Below, one piece after another: positions 6,934-17,216 of a stretch of 64,000 nucleotides of DNA (the stretch's first letter is position 1; every line of letters begins with the position of its first letter). The notes beneath the pieces are model-generated. The model had not been told where the DNA came from, did not search any database, and saw only the letters and a program-made list of their open reading frames with translations. The DNA is from a virus (lineage: Duplodnaviria > Caudoviricetes): positions 7,916-71,915 of IMG/VR virus record IMGVR_UViG_2974672904_000001; one strand, 5' to 3'. The translations under genes and the position numbers were made by a program.

Positions 6934-8562
6934 ATGAACTACCTAGAGTATCGTGCAAAGCTGAATCACATGGGACTCACCACAGTGGATGAGTACCTAG
7001 ATAATGTCGATTACTCTGAAGGATTTGTCAGAGGGTATTCCCCCTCCGACTTTTCCATCAAGTATCTGCATCTGTGTGCATTGATTAATGAGAGTATTGG
7101 CCTAGAAACTGACCCTACACCCATTAGCCACTTCATCATCTTAGATTCACTGATATATGGGAGACGTGGTACCACTTCTCTCTGTAGTCGTGGTCAGGGT
7201 AAGACGACTCTGATACCTATGCGTATGCCTTGGTTTATGGCTGTCTTTAATGAGATGCCTCGTATCCCTAACTTCAACTTCATGTTGTACATTTCAGATA
7301 GTATTGATAATGGTGTTAAGACCCTTAAACGTGGTCTATGGGATACCTACGAGTCGAGTGCCTTATTGCAGGAACTTGTCCCTAAGTATCACAACACAGA
7401 GCAAGAGCACATCTTTGAGAATGCCTCAGGGGTGAAGTCTTACATGAACTGTTTTGGTATTCTTGGTGGTATCCGTGGACAGCAACGTAAAGGTATGCGT
7501 CCTCAGTTCGCTGTACTCGATGATATTATGTCGGATAAAACGGGTAACTCAGTAGCAGCCCTAGAGCAGATGAATGAGGTTATCTACTCAGGTGTGCTAC
7601 CTGCCCTAGACCCTGACGTAGGTAAACTCCTATTCCAAGGTACACCTTTCGATAACAAAGACCCGATTTATTCAGCGATTGAATCTGGAGCATGGGACGT
7701 TAACGTATTCCCTATTGCAGAAGAATTCCCTGTAGCCAAGGAAGACTTTAAAGGGGCATGGCCTGAACGATTCACTCACCAGAACCTGAGTGAAATCTTT
7801 GAACTGGCTGAGAAGTCTGGCCGAGGTAAAGCATCTCAACGAGAGTACATGCTACGCCTAATCTCAGATGCGGATAAGCTTGTACACATGCATGAGCTTT
7901 TAGATTACTCTCGTGCCACTCTCCTCAAGAATCTGGATAATTATTTAATCCTTATCACAACTGACTTTGCAACTTCTGAGAAAGACAAAGCTGACCCTTC
8001 TGTAGTATGTGTTTGGGCAGTAGATTGGTTAGGCAATAAGTATCTTGTAGATGGCTACCGTAAGCGTCAAGACATGGCGAAGAACGTTGCTTCACTGTTC
8101 CACTTCGTTCAAGTATGGAACCCATACAGTGTGGGTATCGAGGTTACAGGACAACAGCAAGGATTTATTTCTCTGATTCGTAAAGAGATGTTGAGAAATA
8201 ATGTACACTTTAATATTGCAAGAGACCCTAAAACAAAAGAGCTAGGGATTCGACCATTATCTGATAAGTTTGCACGTTTCAATATGTACAGCTTGCAGAT
8301 GCTAAAACAAGGCAAAATCTACTTCCCTGAAGAATTGGCCGACACACCATTAGTTATCTCAATGAAGGCTGAAATTACTAGTGTTACTGACGAAGGTATT
8401 AAGTCTAAAAATGATGATTGCTTGGACAATATAGCTATGCTAGGTGCTATGCCTAAAGCATTACCTAGTAAACCATCGTTGGCGTATACTACGGTAGACA
8501 CAGCGAATATGATGACAATTCCACAGGGAGGCGGCAGAGCTAGATATGCCGTGAAACGATAA
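6934..8562 (+). CDS. terL: Terminase large subunit
   Basis: Walker A SRGQGKTT, Walker B AVLDDIMSD, RNase H-like nuclease TTDFATS...D, C-terminal NDDCLD. Confidence 0.95.
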   Translation: MNYLEYRAKLNHMGLTTVDEYLDNVDYSEGFVRGYSPSDFSIKYLHLCALINESIGLETDPTPISHFIILDSLIYGRRGTTSLCSRGQGKTTLIPMRMPWFMAVFNEMPRIPNFNFMLYISDSIDNGVKTLKRGLWDTYESSALLQELVPKYHNTEQEHIFENASGVKSYMNCFGILGGIRGQQRKGMRPQFAVLDDIMSDKTGNSVAALEQMNEVIYSGVLPALDPDVGKLLFQGTPFDNKDPIYSAIESGAWDVNVFPIAEEFPVAKEDFKGAWPERFTHQNLSEIFELAEKSGRGKASQREYMLRLISDADKLVHMHELLDYSRATLLKNLDNYLILITTDFATSEKDKADPSVVCVWAVDWLGNKYLVDGYRKRQDMAKNVASLFHFVQVWNPYSVGIEVTGQQQGFISLIRKEMLRNNVHFNIARDPKTKELGIRPLSDKFARFNMYSLQMLKQGKIYFPEELADTPLVISMKAEITSVTDEGIKSKNDDCLDNIAMLGAMPKALPSKPSLAYTTVDTANMMTIPQGGGRARYAVKR

Positions 8563-9338
8563 TGAAATTAAACGACTTAATCGAGTCTCTGGCATTCAGT
8601 GAGGTAGGGACTTCAAAGCTCTTTGAAACAACCCCTAAAGACCCGAATGCTCTGTACGAAATTACTCCACGTAATCGGGCTATCCTGATTAACCACATCA
8701 ACAATGCAACTATGGCTATCTGCGTTAAGTTGCCTATTTTCCACCATGTTATTGTGATACGTCTGGTAGAGGGTAAAGCCACCTACTTACTAGATAGTGC
8801 CCACAGTGTTCGTCATATCCCTGATGGTACTCCGTTCCCTATCGAACCTCCGGCACTAGGCGATGACCTAGCTGAGTTCTACATCTACGACACAGAAGAC
8901 GAACCCTTTGAAGACAACATCATTACCCTTGGGTCTGTGATGTCAGATTCAGGTCTGTATAACATGACGATTGGTGACAGCTCTAAAAAGAATGCTGTTT
9001 ACACTCCTCGTCCGAATACCATTGAAGTGCCAGAGGACATGATTGATAACGATGAGTTCATCTCACTTGGTTACTCTGCTCATATCCCTCGTATTCCACC
9101 GACAACCTTAGCTGAAGATGATTACTCTATTAATCTCCCACAATCCCTCAATGAGGCTGTGGCAGCGTTTATTGCCCATAAGTTACAACTGCAACCTCAA
9201 GATGCAGAGAACACCAGTGTGGGCATCTCACACATGGACAGATTCAATGAGATTTGTACAACTTATCTGAATAAGAATGTGCATAATCTATCAGGGGATG
9301 TTTCTACTAAAGGGTTTGTTAAGAGAGGTTGGAAATGA
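8562..9338 (+). CDS. Virion structural protein, probable head-tail adaptor (N4 gp67-like)
   Basis: TAATG coupling to terL; synteny with N4-like late genes; adaptor-like ends (AILINHINNA...; EAVAAFIAHK). Confidence 0.6.
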   Translation: MKLNDLIESLAFSEVGTSKLFETTPKDPNALYEITPRNRAILINHINNATMAICVKLPIFHHVIVIRLVEGKATYLLDSAHSVRHIPDGTPFPIEPPALGDDLAEFYIYDTEDEPFEDNIITLGSVMSDSGLYNMTIGDSSKKNAVYTPRPNTIEVPEDMIDNDEFISLGYSAHIPRIPPTTLAEDDYSINLPQSLNEAVAAFIAHKLQLQPQDAENTSVGISHMDRFNEICTTYLNKNVHNLSGDVSTKGFVKRGWK

Positions 9339-10363
9339 GAACTACAGCAACAGGTACTTCTTCAAGAGCAATGGAGCGTCACTTAGGTCACTCCTATAAA
9401 ACCATTCTGATGATTCAGGAACGTATCCCTTGGATGGAAGAATTCCTAGATGCGGTAACTGGACAGCTAGAAGGTTACATTGGTGTTTATCCAGAAGAAC
9501 CGACAGAAATGCCTGATGGTGACCCATTGGTTGCAGGTGTCTTCTATGTAAACAGCACAGACAAATATCTGTACTTCTATATGGGTGATGGTCTTTGGAC
9601 TTCGGTATATGACCAGACCCAAGCAGGTATGCAAGAACTGAGTGAAGCTACAGCTCAAGCCCTCTTAGATTTAGAGGCTGCTCTAGCAACTCACCTGATT
9701 ACTTTGGCTACAGCCACAGGCGACCACATTACCAATATTGATGATGTAGTCGCTGCTCACATGTTAGATATTGATGCCAAGCTTGCAACGTTAGCTGATG
9801 CGTTAGCACAGGCTCAGGCTGCTGCTCAGGAGTCACGAGACTACCGTGATGAGTCCTTGGGGTATCGAGACGAGTCTGAAGGTTTCCGTGATGAATCAGA
9901 AGTAAATGCTACTGAATCTCGTCAATCTGCTGATGCTTCTCTTGTTAATAAGAACTTCTCTACAGTAGAGGCCGATAGAGCAAAAGCTGAAGCTGACCGA
10001 GCTGCTGCCCTAGGAAGTGACTTTACTGATAATGCCGAGATTGAGATTCAACGCATTATTGATGAAGGTGATACTCAAGTTGCTAGAGTAACTACAACAG
10101 GTAACACACAGAACACTCGTCTCATTACTCAGGGCGACACTCAGTTTGATAAAGTTCAGACAGAAGGTGACACACAGTACGATTCGATTGTAGCTGAAGG
10201 TACTGTTCAACGTGACCTATCAAAGCAAGAAGCTAACCGTTCAGCTACTGAAGCAACAGCTTCGGCACTGGCTAGAGATGAAGCAGAATACCACGCTGAT
10301 AGAGCAGAATACTCTACAGCACTGGCTCACAATAACGCACTTAAAATAGCACAGGGGATGTAA
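9335..10363 (+). CDS. Tail fibre anchor / coiled-coil stem protein
   Basis: ATGA overlap with upstream gene (ATG 9335); Ala-rich heptads; internal 7-aa and 11-aa repeats. Confidence 0.6.
   Translation: MRTTATGTSSRAMERHLGHSYKTILMIQERIPWMEEFLDAVTGQLEGYIGVYPEEPTEMPDGDPLVAGVFYVNSTDKYLYFYMGDGLWTSVYDQTQAGMQELSEATAQALLDLEAALATHLITLATATGDHITNIDDVVAAHMLDIDAKLATLADALAQAQAAAQESRDYRDESLGYRDESEGFRDESEVNATESRQSADASLVNKNFSTVEADRAKAEADRAAALGSDFTDNAEIEIQRIIDEGDTQVARVTTTGNTQNTRLITQGDTQFDKVQTEGDTQYDSIVAEGTVQRDLSKQEANRSATEATASALARDEAEYHADRAEYSTALAHNNALKIAQGM
9840..10215 (+). repeat. Peptide repeats in the fibre stem: (Y/F)RDES x3 and GDTQ-type 11-mers x5
   Basis: DYRDESLGYRDESEGFRDES; IIDEGDTQVAR-VTTTGNTQNTR-LITQGDTQFDK-VQTEGDTQYDS-IVAEGTVQRDL. 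Confidence 0.8.
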
Positions 10364-10690
10364 ATGTTATTAACTCCAACAAACTGGCACGTAAGTACCT
10401 ACAACACTGATGAATGGACTGACATCATTATTGATAAAGCAATGGTTGCTACCTTCATCCTCTCTAATACAACTGACACCCCTCTGAATGTAAGCGTACA
10501 GCTCACAGACCATCTTGGTGTGAAACTGGCTACCATTTGTCCTCTAATGGAAATAGCCCACTCTGAGGTGATTGACGTGCGTTCTCTCAATGTTCTCGTA
10601 GGGCAGAAGGTGCAAGTGAAGGCTGACGCTGTAGGTGCAGAATTTCTGATTAGTGGGTTAGTTGAAGAAGACCTACCTGTAGCTGAGTAA
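10364..10690 (+). CDS. Small tail-fibre connector protein (module A)
   Basis: Paralogous to the N-terminus of 16106-17209 (NW..TxYxTDEW... and QVKADA..AEFL.SG in both). Confidence 0.6.
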   Translation: MLLTPTNWHVSTYNTDEWTDIIIDKAMVATFILSNTTDTPLNVSVQLTDHLGVKLATICPLMEIAHSEVIDVRSLNVLVGQKVQVKADAVGAEFLISGLVEEDLPVAE

Positions 10691-10699
10691 GGGGGCGAT

Positions 10700-11095
10700 A
10701 TGTTAGTTCAATCGTTAGTAAGGCCATTGACAGGCCGTGTCTATGGTTCAGGTGGTGGAGGCGGTAGTAACACTGTCTCTTTCAACTCGTATGCAGACAG
10801 AACTATGGAAACAGATGAAGTTCTCTGGACTCATGCTGTTCCGCAAGACTGCACCATTCCTATGCTTGCTGTAGGGTCTACGGCATACATCGAGGGAGGT
10901 GTGGGTGCCACCATCACTGTCACCCTTAATGAAGTAACAATAGGCACCATTCTGTTTGGTTCAGGAAGCACAGAGGGTGTGTTTAATTTCACAGAAGATG
11001 TTTCCCTAGTGGAGGACGATGTAATTAAAATAATTGCAACGACTACTGTAGGTGGAGCAAACCTTTCTATTTCATTACTAGGAGCAGTTCTATGA
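10700..11095 (+). CDS. Tail-fibre connector protein (module B)
   Basis: Domain YADRTMETDEVLWTH...ISLLGAV is shared with the C-termini of 12141-13208 and 13205-13699. Confidence 0.6.
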   Translation: MLVQSLVRPLTGRVYGSGGGGGSNTVSFNSYADRTMETDEVLWTHAVPQDCTIPMLAVGSTAYIEGGVGATITVTLNEVTIGTILFGSGSTEGVFNFTEDVSLVEDDVIKIIATTTVGGANLSISLLGAVL

Positions 11096-12138
11096 GTATT
11101 ATATCTATCTTTGCAGGGCATGTTAGTGTGAATGCTCACGAAGATTTTCGTCTGTTTATCAATGCCTCACCACAGACAGATACGAACGGTGAAACGTTAA
11201 TTAAGAACCAGATTCAGCCTAATACTTCTACTACTTATCGTGGTGCATATATTGGTATGGGGAATGTGGAAGCAGGCGTACCCCTGACCTCTAAAGAGAC
11301 TTGGGTAAAAATGGATTACCGAAGCATGGATAGGGCAACGAGCCATGCTCCTCGCTTCGGGTTGCGTGCAACGGATGGTACAGAAATTCTTGTGGTAAAT
11401 ACCTTAGACTATTCTTTTGGTGCAGCACAAACAGACTTGAATTTCTTCGGGACACGTATGTACGTCCTTCACCAAGGCTCAATTGGGCGTATCCCCATAG
11501 ATGCCCGAATCACTGTAGACAGCGGTACGTTGGTAGGCACAGTACGTTTGTATATTGGATTGGTTCATATCGGAGACTACACTAAGCAGTTAACCGCAGA
11601 CCAAGCAGCTAAAGTGCCTTATCAATTGTTCTACCGTAACATCCTTAATGACCGTTCAGAAGATAATCGTATTTATCAAATGATGGCTACTCAAGGTGAG
11701 CCAACTACCAACAAGAAATTGAAAGTAATTAGCCTAGATGGGGATGGTACGTTCAGTGATTTTAACGGCACAGTAACTGACATCAATGAGACGGTATCTA
11801 CGCCTTCATTGAATACAGTAGACACTACCGTCCCTGATGCTAAGAGTACCTTTACTACAGAAGCAATTAGTCAAGTGGCCAAGGAGAGCTATAAGGTGAC
11901 TTCAATTATTCCTGCTGCTCTAGCAACCGCAGGTGCAGGGACATTGAATAATTTAGAGTTCATCTGTACTGACGGAGTAACTGTACATACGCTAGGTGTT
12001 CAGCGTCAGATAAGTTCTGAAATAGGTACAGAGTCTATTATGACGAACGAGACAATAAACCCATTTACAGGCACAGCATTCACTATGGAAGACTTGGATA
12101 TTCTTGAATTTGGATTTAGAGCGAAAAGTGAGGTGTAA
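11092..12138 (+). CDS. Tail-associated protein (module C)
   Basis: C-terminal NPFTGTAFTMEDLDILEFGF is shared with 13696-14736; coupled start. Confidence 0.6.
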   Translation: MSIISIFAGHVSVNAHEDFRLFINASPQTDTNGETLIKNQIQPNTSTTYRGAYIGMGNVEAGVPLTSKETWVKMDYRSMDRATSHAPRFGLRATDGTEILVVNTLDYSFGAAQTDLNFFGTRMYVLHQGSIGRIPIDARITVDSGTLVGTVRLYIGLVHIGDYTKQLTADQAAKVPYQLFYRNILNDRSEDNRIYQMMATQGEPTTNKKLKVISLDGDGTFSDFNGTVTDINETVSTPSLNTVDTTVPDAKSTFTTEAISQVAKESYKVTSIIPAALATAGAGTLNNLEFICTDGVTVHTLGVQRQISSEIGTESIMTNETINPFTGTAFTMEDLDILEFGFRAKSEV

Positions 12139-12140
12139 CT

Positions 12141-13208
12141 ATGTATCGCCTCCTCTTTAATGAATACATTAACATTCCCACCCTTGCCTTAGAGCAAGGG
12201 GACGAAATCATCTTTGACATACTATGGCGAGATGATGTCGATGCCTATACTAAGCAGTACCTGTTTCTAAGCACAACTAACAGTGATAATGACCATACGG
12301 CCTACATCACAGACAGTGGCGTAAGTACCGCCCTAATTTCATCTCCTATCCTCACCCCAGACCTGTTTGGATTGGAAAATGGTACAAGACATCAGCTCAA
12401 GTTCACAATGGCTATTGGGACAGCAGCAGGATCTATTGACCGTTTCTTTGCTAACAGTTCAGGGGTGAATAACTTCCGTGGGCAAATTTTCAGTATCCAG
12501 ATTAATGCGGCGGCAGGTAATCGTTTGTATGAGTTCCAAGATGGATGGGAAAACAACCCTGTCATCGCTGACTCATTAGGAGATGGCTCTACAGATGGCA
12601 CGTTAGTTAAGGGATTAGGAGCAGGATGGTGGCCTACCACTGTTGCAGACCAACTAGAGGTATCTAACTTCCAAAACATTGCCGTGATGGAGTCTTTGGA
12701 TGCCAGCATTGAAGTCCGTAATGCCTCATTGATTGCCGTAGTAGGGGAGGGTGTCCCTAATCTCCTGGAGGTACGAAACACTCAAATAATTGCTGTCATG
12801 GAAGATTTCCAAGAGAAGCAACGCAAAGGCAACATCACCGACATTTACACCGAAGACATCTTCCGAGACCCTAACCTTTACGATATGGCAGCCTACGCTG
12901 ATAGAAGTATGGAGAAGGGTGAGATACTTTGGCAACATACCTTACCAATTACTGTCACGGTGTTTGCGAATGCCCCATTTAGTACAGGGGTACTTGCTTC
13001 CCCTGCTATGGCACCTATACAGATAGACGTAAGTGTATCGGGTAGCGTAGTAGGTTCCTTTAACTGGAAACTAGGGGATACTGATGCAACGATTATATGG
13101 ACAAACACTCTCATGATTTTCAAGGATGATGAGGTGGTATTTACAGTAGTGGAGGCAGATAGTGGAGCCTCATCTATTACCTTGAACTTAATAGGAGCGT
13201 ATGTATGA
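12141..13208 (+). CDS. Tail/receptor-binding protein (lectin-like domain, beta repeats, module B)
   Basis: N-terminal domain paralogous to 14739-16073; EVxNxxxIAV repeats; C-terminal module B domain. Confidence 0.6.
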   Translation: MYRLLFNEYINIPTLALEQGDEIIFDILWRDDVDAYTKQYLFLSTTNSDNDHTAYITDSGVSTALISSPILTPDLFGLENGTRHQLKFTMAIGTAAGSIDRFFANSSGVNNFRGQIFSIQINAAAGNRLYEFQDGWENNPVIADSLGDGSTDGTLVKGLGAGWWPTTVADQLEVSNFQNIAVMESLDASIEVRNASLIAVVGEGVPNLLEVRNTQIIAVMEDFQEKQRKGNITDIYTEDIFRDPNLYDMAAYADRSMEKGEILWQHTLPITVTVFANAPFSTGVLASPAMAPIQIDVSVSGSVVGSFNWKLGDTDATIIWTNTLMIFKDDEVVFTVVEADSGASSITLNLIGAYV

Positions 13209-13699
13209 CCGTATTGGCAGTAGCAGGGGAGCTAGGAATTGACACCACTGGTTCTTCTTTAAACATGACAGATGAAGATACACGGGTTATTGGTTCAACG
13301 TATGGTATTGACCCTGACTACTCGATACATCCACTTTTCCGTAAAGGGAAAATGCGGGAACCTAACGGCCATAATCTCGCCCTTTATGTGGATAGAACTT
13401 TGGAAGTAGATGAAGTCTTGTGGCAACACACTATCACTAAAGATATGCTAATGCGTGACACTACTCCTTTATGTTCTGGTGTAATGGCGACCCCTGCTAC
13501 AGCACGTACTCAGATAGACATAAGTGTGTCAGATACGGTGCATGGTTCCTTTGTATGGGAAATAGGGGACAAAGATGCCACCATCATTTGGCCAAGGACT
13601 TCTGGCATGTATATAGGGGATGAAGTAGTTTTTACAGTAGTCCAAACAGATGTTGATGCAACGGATATTACTATCAATCTAATAGGAGCGTACTTATGA
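13205..13699 (+). CDS. Tail-fibre connector protein (module B paralogue)
   Basis: YVDRTLEVDEVLWQHTIT...ITINLIGAY aligns with 10700-11095 and the C-terminus of 12141-13208. Confidence 0.6.
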   Translation: MTVLAVAGELGIDTTGSSLNMTDEDTRVIGSTYGIDPDYSIHPLFRKGKMREPNGHNLALYVDRTLEVDEVLWQHTITKDMLMRDTTPLCSGVMATPATARTQIDISVSDTVHGSFVWEIGDKDATIIWPRTSGMYIGDEVVFTVVQTDVDATDITINLIGAYL

Positions 13700-14736
13700 C
13701 AACGTTACTTGCCATAGGGCAGATAAATATAGGCATTTTGCCTAACATCAAAGGAATTGATGGAGTAGACCCACGACTAGAATCATACTTCGTGGAAAAT
13801 GGCTATGACTCCGCTTATGCCCGCAAGAACATGTGTTTAGGTAAAACCAATAATAATGTTTCTGATGGTACCCTCATCTCAGATAACGTATTCCAAAATA
13901 CAGAATGGGATGCAACTTCTGGAGCACTCTGGATACATTGGTCACAAGATTGGCAGTACAATATCGCAGCTAAACGCCCTTTCAGTATTAAGGATAGTGA
14001 CGGGAAGACAATATACTCTTTTTGTAAATGGGTATCAGGAAGCACTGGCTATTGTACTTTTTACTCATACAATGACGCAGGTGAAGCTGTCACAGTCGAA
14101 TACTCTGAATACAATGCACGAGAAGGTGTCTGCGATGTTGATATCTCATTCAACCCTATTACCAATAAAGTCTCCCTTTACGTTAACGGTGCATTAAGGT
14201 TTGAAGGTGACTTGGACTGTAATAGACGTTCAGCAGGCACAAAGGCTCATTCCCTGAGGTGGTACGCCACATGGATAGGTGAGGGTTTCGTTATCTCTCA
14301 ACTTATTGTTGCCAATGAGAGAACCCTAGGGTGGAAACTGAAGACACTACACCCTACTGCTCAAGGTACTCACGCAGAGTGGGTGAATGACGTAGCCAAT
14401 ATCAATGGGGCTATTATGAATTACACCACTTCCGTAGACTCAGATGTAGCAGCAAAGCAGTCGTATGTGCACTCTCAGGTTCAATCAGCTATTCAAGAGG
14501 AAATGGTAATAGAAACGCTTTACGTTACCTTGCTTGCTGATGCCATAGGTGCAGTAACTAAGGTAGGTGCCTTAGCAAGAGTAGGAGGCACAGATTACAA
14601 CTTACCTTCTACAGAGATGTTGGATGACAAATACATCACCCCTTATGCAGAAGAGATGTCGGTTAATCCTGCCACGGGAAATCCGTGGACATTTGCAGAA
14701 CTTAACGCAACAGAATTTGGGTTCAGGAGCGAATAA
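13696..14736 (+). CDS. Tail-associated protein (module C paralogue)
   Basis: C-terminal NPATGNPWTFAELNATEFGF; same length class (346 vs 348 aa) as 11092-12138. Confidence 0.6.
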   Translation: MTTLLAIGQINIGILPNIKGIDGVDPRLESYFVENGYDSAYARKNMCLGKTNNNVSDGTLISDNVFQNTEWDATSGALWIHWSQDWQYNIAAKRPFSIKDSDGKTIYSFCKWVSGSTGYCTFYSYNDAGEAVTVEYSEYNAREGVCDVDISFNPITNKVSLYVNGALRFEGDLDCNRRSAGTKAHSLRWYATWIGEGFVISQLIVANERTLGWKLKTLHPTAQGTHAEWVNDVANINGAIMNYTTSVDSDVAAKQSYVHSQVQSAIQEEMVIETLYVTLLADAIGAVTKVGALARVGGTDYNLPSTEMLDDKYITPYAEEMSVNPATGNPWTFAELNATEFGFRSE

Positions 14737-14738
14737 CT

Positions 14739-16073
14739 ATGGCATTCATTTACTACTTTGACGGCATAGATGACCACATTACTTTAGATGAACCTGTGGC
14801 CTTGGTTGCAGGGGATAAAATCTACGTAGAGATAAACTGGAATGGGTACCCTTCTGACAGAGGTTTTGATTTCCTCTTTGAAGGTAATGCTAGAGCCATC
14901 TCAGCTAAAGTTAGCACTCAGAGTGCCCAAGTCAGTTACCCAAATAGTGCGGTCACTTGTGTGGGCTGTAACATGCAGGAGTTTGTACTCGAAGGAGGCC
15001 ACAGAACGACTGTAGAGTTCACAATGACGGACTCGGATACCCTTGAGCATATCCTCTCTAACCGTAGTGGAGGAGAGACAGCGAAAGGCGTACTGTACTC
15101 TATCGACATTCAAGCAGCGAGTGGTCAGCAAACTTATGTCATGACTGACCAGAGGGATTCCTTCCCTGTTCTCTATGACAGCAGTGGTAACTCTAAGACA
15201 GCAACTCTGCAAGGCGAAGGAGCTAACTGGCGACCTGACGGCGATTTAGCTGTGATAACAGCTCATGCTGTTGAAGTAGTAATGAAGCCCCTTCCTTTCA
15301 TTCGAGTGCCTTCTCTCAGTGTTGAAGTAGTGATGAAGCCTCTGCCTTTACCCCAACGTAAAGCCGTAGGAATCGAACTCTATTCTAGAGAGCTGGCAAA
15401 TACAGATATGGTTATTGTTACCGATGCATATATAAAAGATAACTTAGGAGATGGAAGTACCCTTCTGGAGGTTAAAGCACACTTTTGGGATACCGTACAA
15501 TGGGAATACTCTGATGATGGTTCTGCTTGGATAGAAGTAGTTGGTGCAGTAACCGAGACAGTCAATATCCCTGATACAGGAGCAACGCCTGACCGTCTGT
15601 ACCGTCCTAAGTACACGGATGAAAAAGGCAATGTACAATACAGTACACCTATTGTTGGTTTCGTGGCGAAATCATATAAATTCGCTCTCTTGAATTCCCA
15701 AAGTGGAGGTGATTGCAGCATAAGTATCTTACGTCTGTATGACGGTGAAGGTGTTGAAATTACCTCTCAATACAATTTCACAGCAGACAGTACATATAGC
15801 GGAAGCTACGGTATAGAGAAGTGTTTGGATGGCAATGCATCCACCCTATGGGCTGCTAGAATAAACCGAGCTACTATTACGTTAGTTCCTCATGAAGGGG
15901 CACCACTGGCGCGTTCAGTTTCTTTCAGGCCAAGGTCGGGAGGGTACTATACCCAAATACCTGTCTCTTTTGATTTGCAAGAATCTACTGATGGGGTTAA
16001 TTGGGTCAGCTTAGGCCAAAGGTCAGTACCTAACTTCCCGAACGACAGTACCGTTCAAGAGTTCATATTTTAG
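14739..16073 (+). CDS. Receptor-binding protein: lectin-like, Ig-like and F5/8 type C (discoidin) domains
   Basis: Ig-like VQWEYSDDGSAW..V.GA...LYR; discoidin-like ADSTYSGSYGIEKCLDGNASTLW...FDLQESTDGVNW; VEVVMKPLP repeat x2 (DNA repeat at 15270 and 15321). Confidence 0.7.
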   Translation: MAFIYYFDGIDDHITLDEPVALVAGDKIYVEINWNGYPSDRGFDFLFEGNARAISAKVSTQSAQVSYPNSAVTCVGCNMQEFVLEGGHRTTVEFTMTDSDTLEHILSNRSGGETAKGVLYSIDIQAASGQQTYVMTDQRDSFPVLYDSSGNSKTATLQGEGANWRPDGDLAVITAHAVEVVMKPLPFIRVPSLSVEVVMKPLPLPQRKAVGIELYSRELANTDMVIVTDAYIKDNLGDGSTLLEVKAHFWDTVQWEYSDDGSAWIEVVGAVTETVNIPDTGATPDRLYRPKYTDEKGNVQYSTPIVGFVAKSYKFALLNSQSGGDCSISILRLYDGEGVEITSQYNFTADSTYSGSYGIEKCLDGNASTLWAARINRATITLVPHEGAPLARSVSFRPRSGGYYTQIPVSFDLQESTDGVNWVSLGQRSVPNFPNDSTVQEFIF

Positions 16074-16091
16074 AGGCTTCGGCCTCTTTTC
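16072..16091 (+). terminator. Rho-independent terminator
   Basis: AGAGGC-TTCG-GCCTCT followed by T tract. Confidence 0.85.
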
Positions 16092-16105
16092 ATTAAGGAA
16101 ATCAT

Positions 16106-17209
16106 GTGGAATTTGTAGATTATAACTGGACACTAACTCAGTACACTACGGATGAATGGGCTACCCTTGCGGAAGGTCACGCAGTTATCCGAGATGCTAC
16201 ATTAGTGAACATGAACCCTGTTACAGAAGAAGGTTCTGACCCTATCAACATTTCTATGCGAATCATTGAAGACGGTGTTCCTGATAAGCGTGTGATAGGT
16301 AGCGTAGCATTAGAAGCAGGCAACCCACTGATGCTAGGTATAGAATCTCTCAATCTTACAGAGGGACAAACCCTTCAGGTAAAAGCAGATGCTCAGAATG
16401 CAGAGTTCTTGGTTAGTGGTAGTTGGATAGATGGTGTTGAACCAACCCTCCCGACAGGGGATATCCAAATCACTTTCCGTCCTGCTGGGGATAGTGAAGA
16501 AGCTGGTGGAGCTGTCACTCAACGTGGATTCAATGATACCCGTCAAGGCACTTTGATAGGGGCTAACCAACAAGGTATCTTTGCGTTTATTACTGACTCA
16601 ACTACCCAAACTGCTTTGTTAGAGTTTGATGGGGGCAAGACTCAAGGCGACATTGCTTACGTAGAAGTCAATGGCAAGGTTCATCAGTTTGTATGGGATG
16701 CTTCTGCAAAAGCAAACAGAAACAAGACTGTAACCATAGACCCTACACACGGATGGGATGGGGCTTCAGAGTGGTGGGGTGTGGAACCCTTCTTTGCTTA
16801 TGCAGGCAAAATCATTGACCCAATGAGCACAGGACTTTATGTATTCTATGTGCTTAGAGAGACCTATGGGACTGAAAGACATCTTATTGAATTATTATTT
16901 AATGGTGCCCAACCTTTCGATGGTGCCTGTAAGATTCAGTTTGAAGGGGATGAAACAGAATATTCTATTCCGTTAGCCTCAAATGATAATGACCGTAAAC
17001 GCATGTATCAACTTTGGACAGAGGGAAGCTCTGATGTATGGAACGGTATTAAAGACCTCTTTGCAAGTGGAACACCTATCAAGGCTACCTTTATGGCAGA
17101 TGGACATACCCATCTTGGAGCGTATGTGAACACCTCCAATTTTACCGAGATTAATTCACATCTTGAAACAGAAGATGGGAACATGGTCACGATATCTTTG
17201 TATACTTGA
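16106..17209 (+). CDS. Second fibre/receptor-binding protein with N-terminal module A
   Basis: First ~105 aa paralogous to 10364-10690; two downstream related beta domains. Confidence 0.6.
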   Translation: MEFVDYNWTLTQYTTDEWATLAEGHAVIRDATLVNMNPVTEEGSDPINISMRIIEDGVPDKRVIGSVALEAGNPLMLGIESLNLTEGQTLQVKADAQNAEFLVSGSWIDGVEPTLPTGDIQITFRPAGDSEEAGGAVTQRGFNDTRQGTLIGANQQGIFAFITDSTTQTALLEFDGGKTQGDIAYVEVNGKVHQFVWDASAKANRNKTVTIDPTHGWDGASEWWGVEPFFAYAGKIIDPMSTGLYVFYVLRETYGTERHLIELLFNGAQPFDGACKIQFEGDETEYSIPLASNDNDRKRMYQLWTEGSSDVWNGIKDLFASGTPIKATFMADGHTHLGAYVNTSNFTEINSHLETEDGNMVTISLYT

Positions 17210-17216
17210 TTAAACT

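Noticed and set aside
10364-17209. Diversity-generating retroelement or invertible cassette behind the tail paralogues
   Set aside because: Paralogy is at protein level only; no long near-identical TR/VR pair, reverse transcriptase or invertase.
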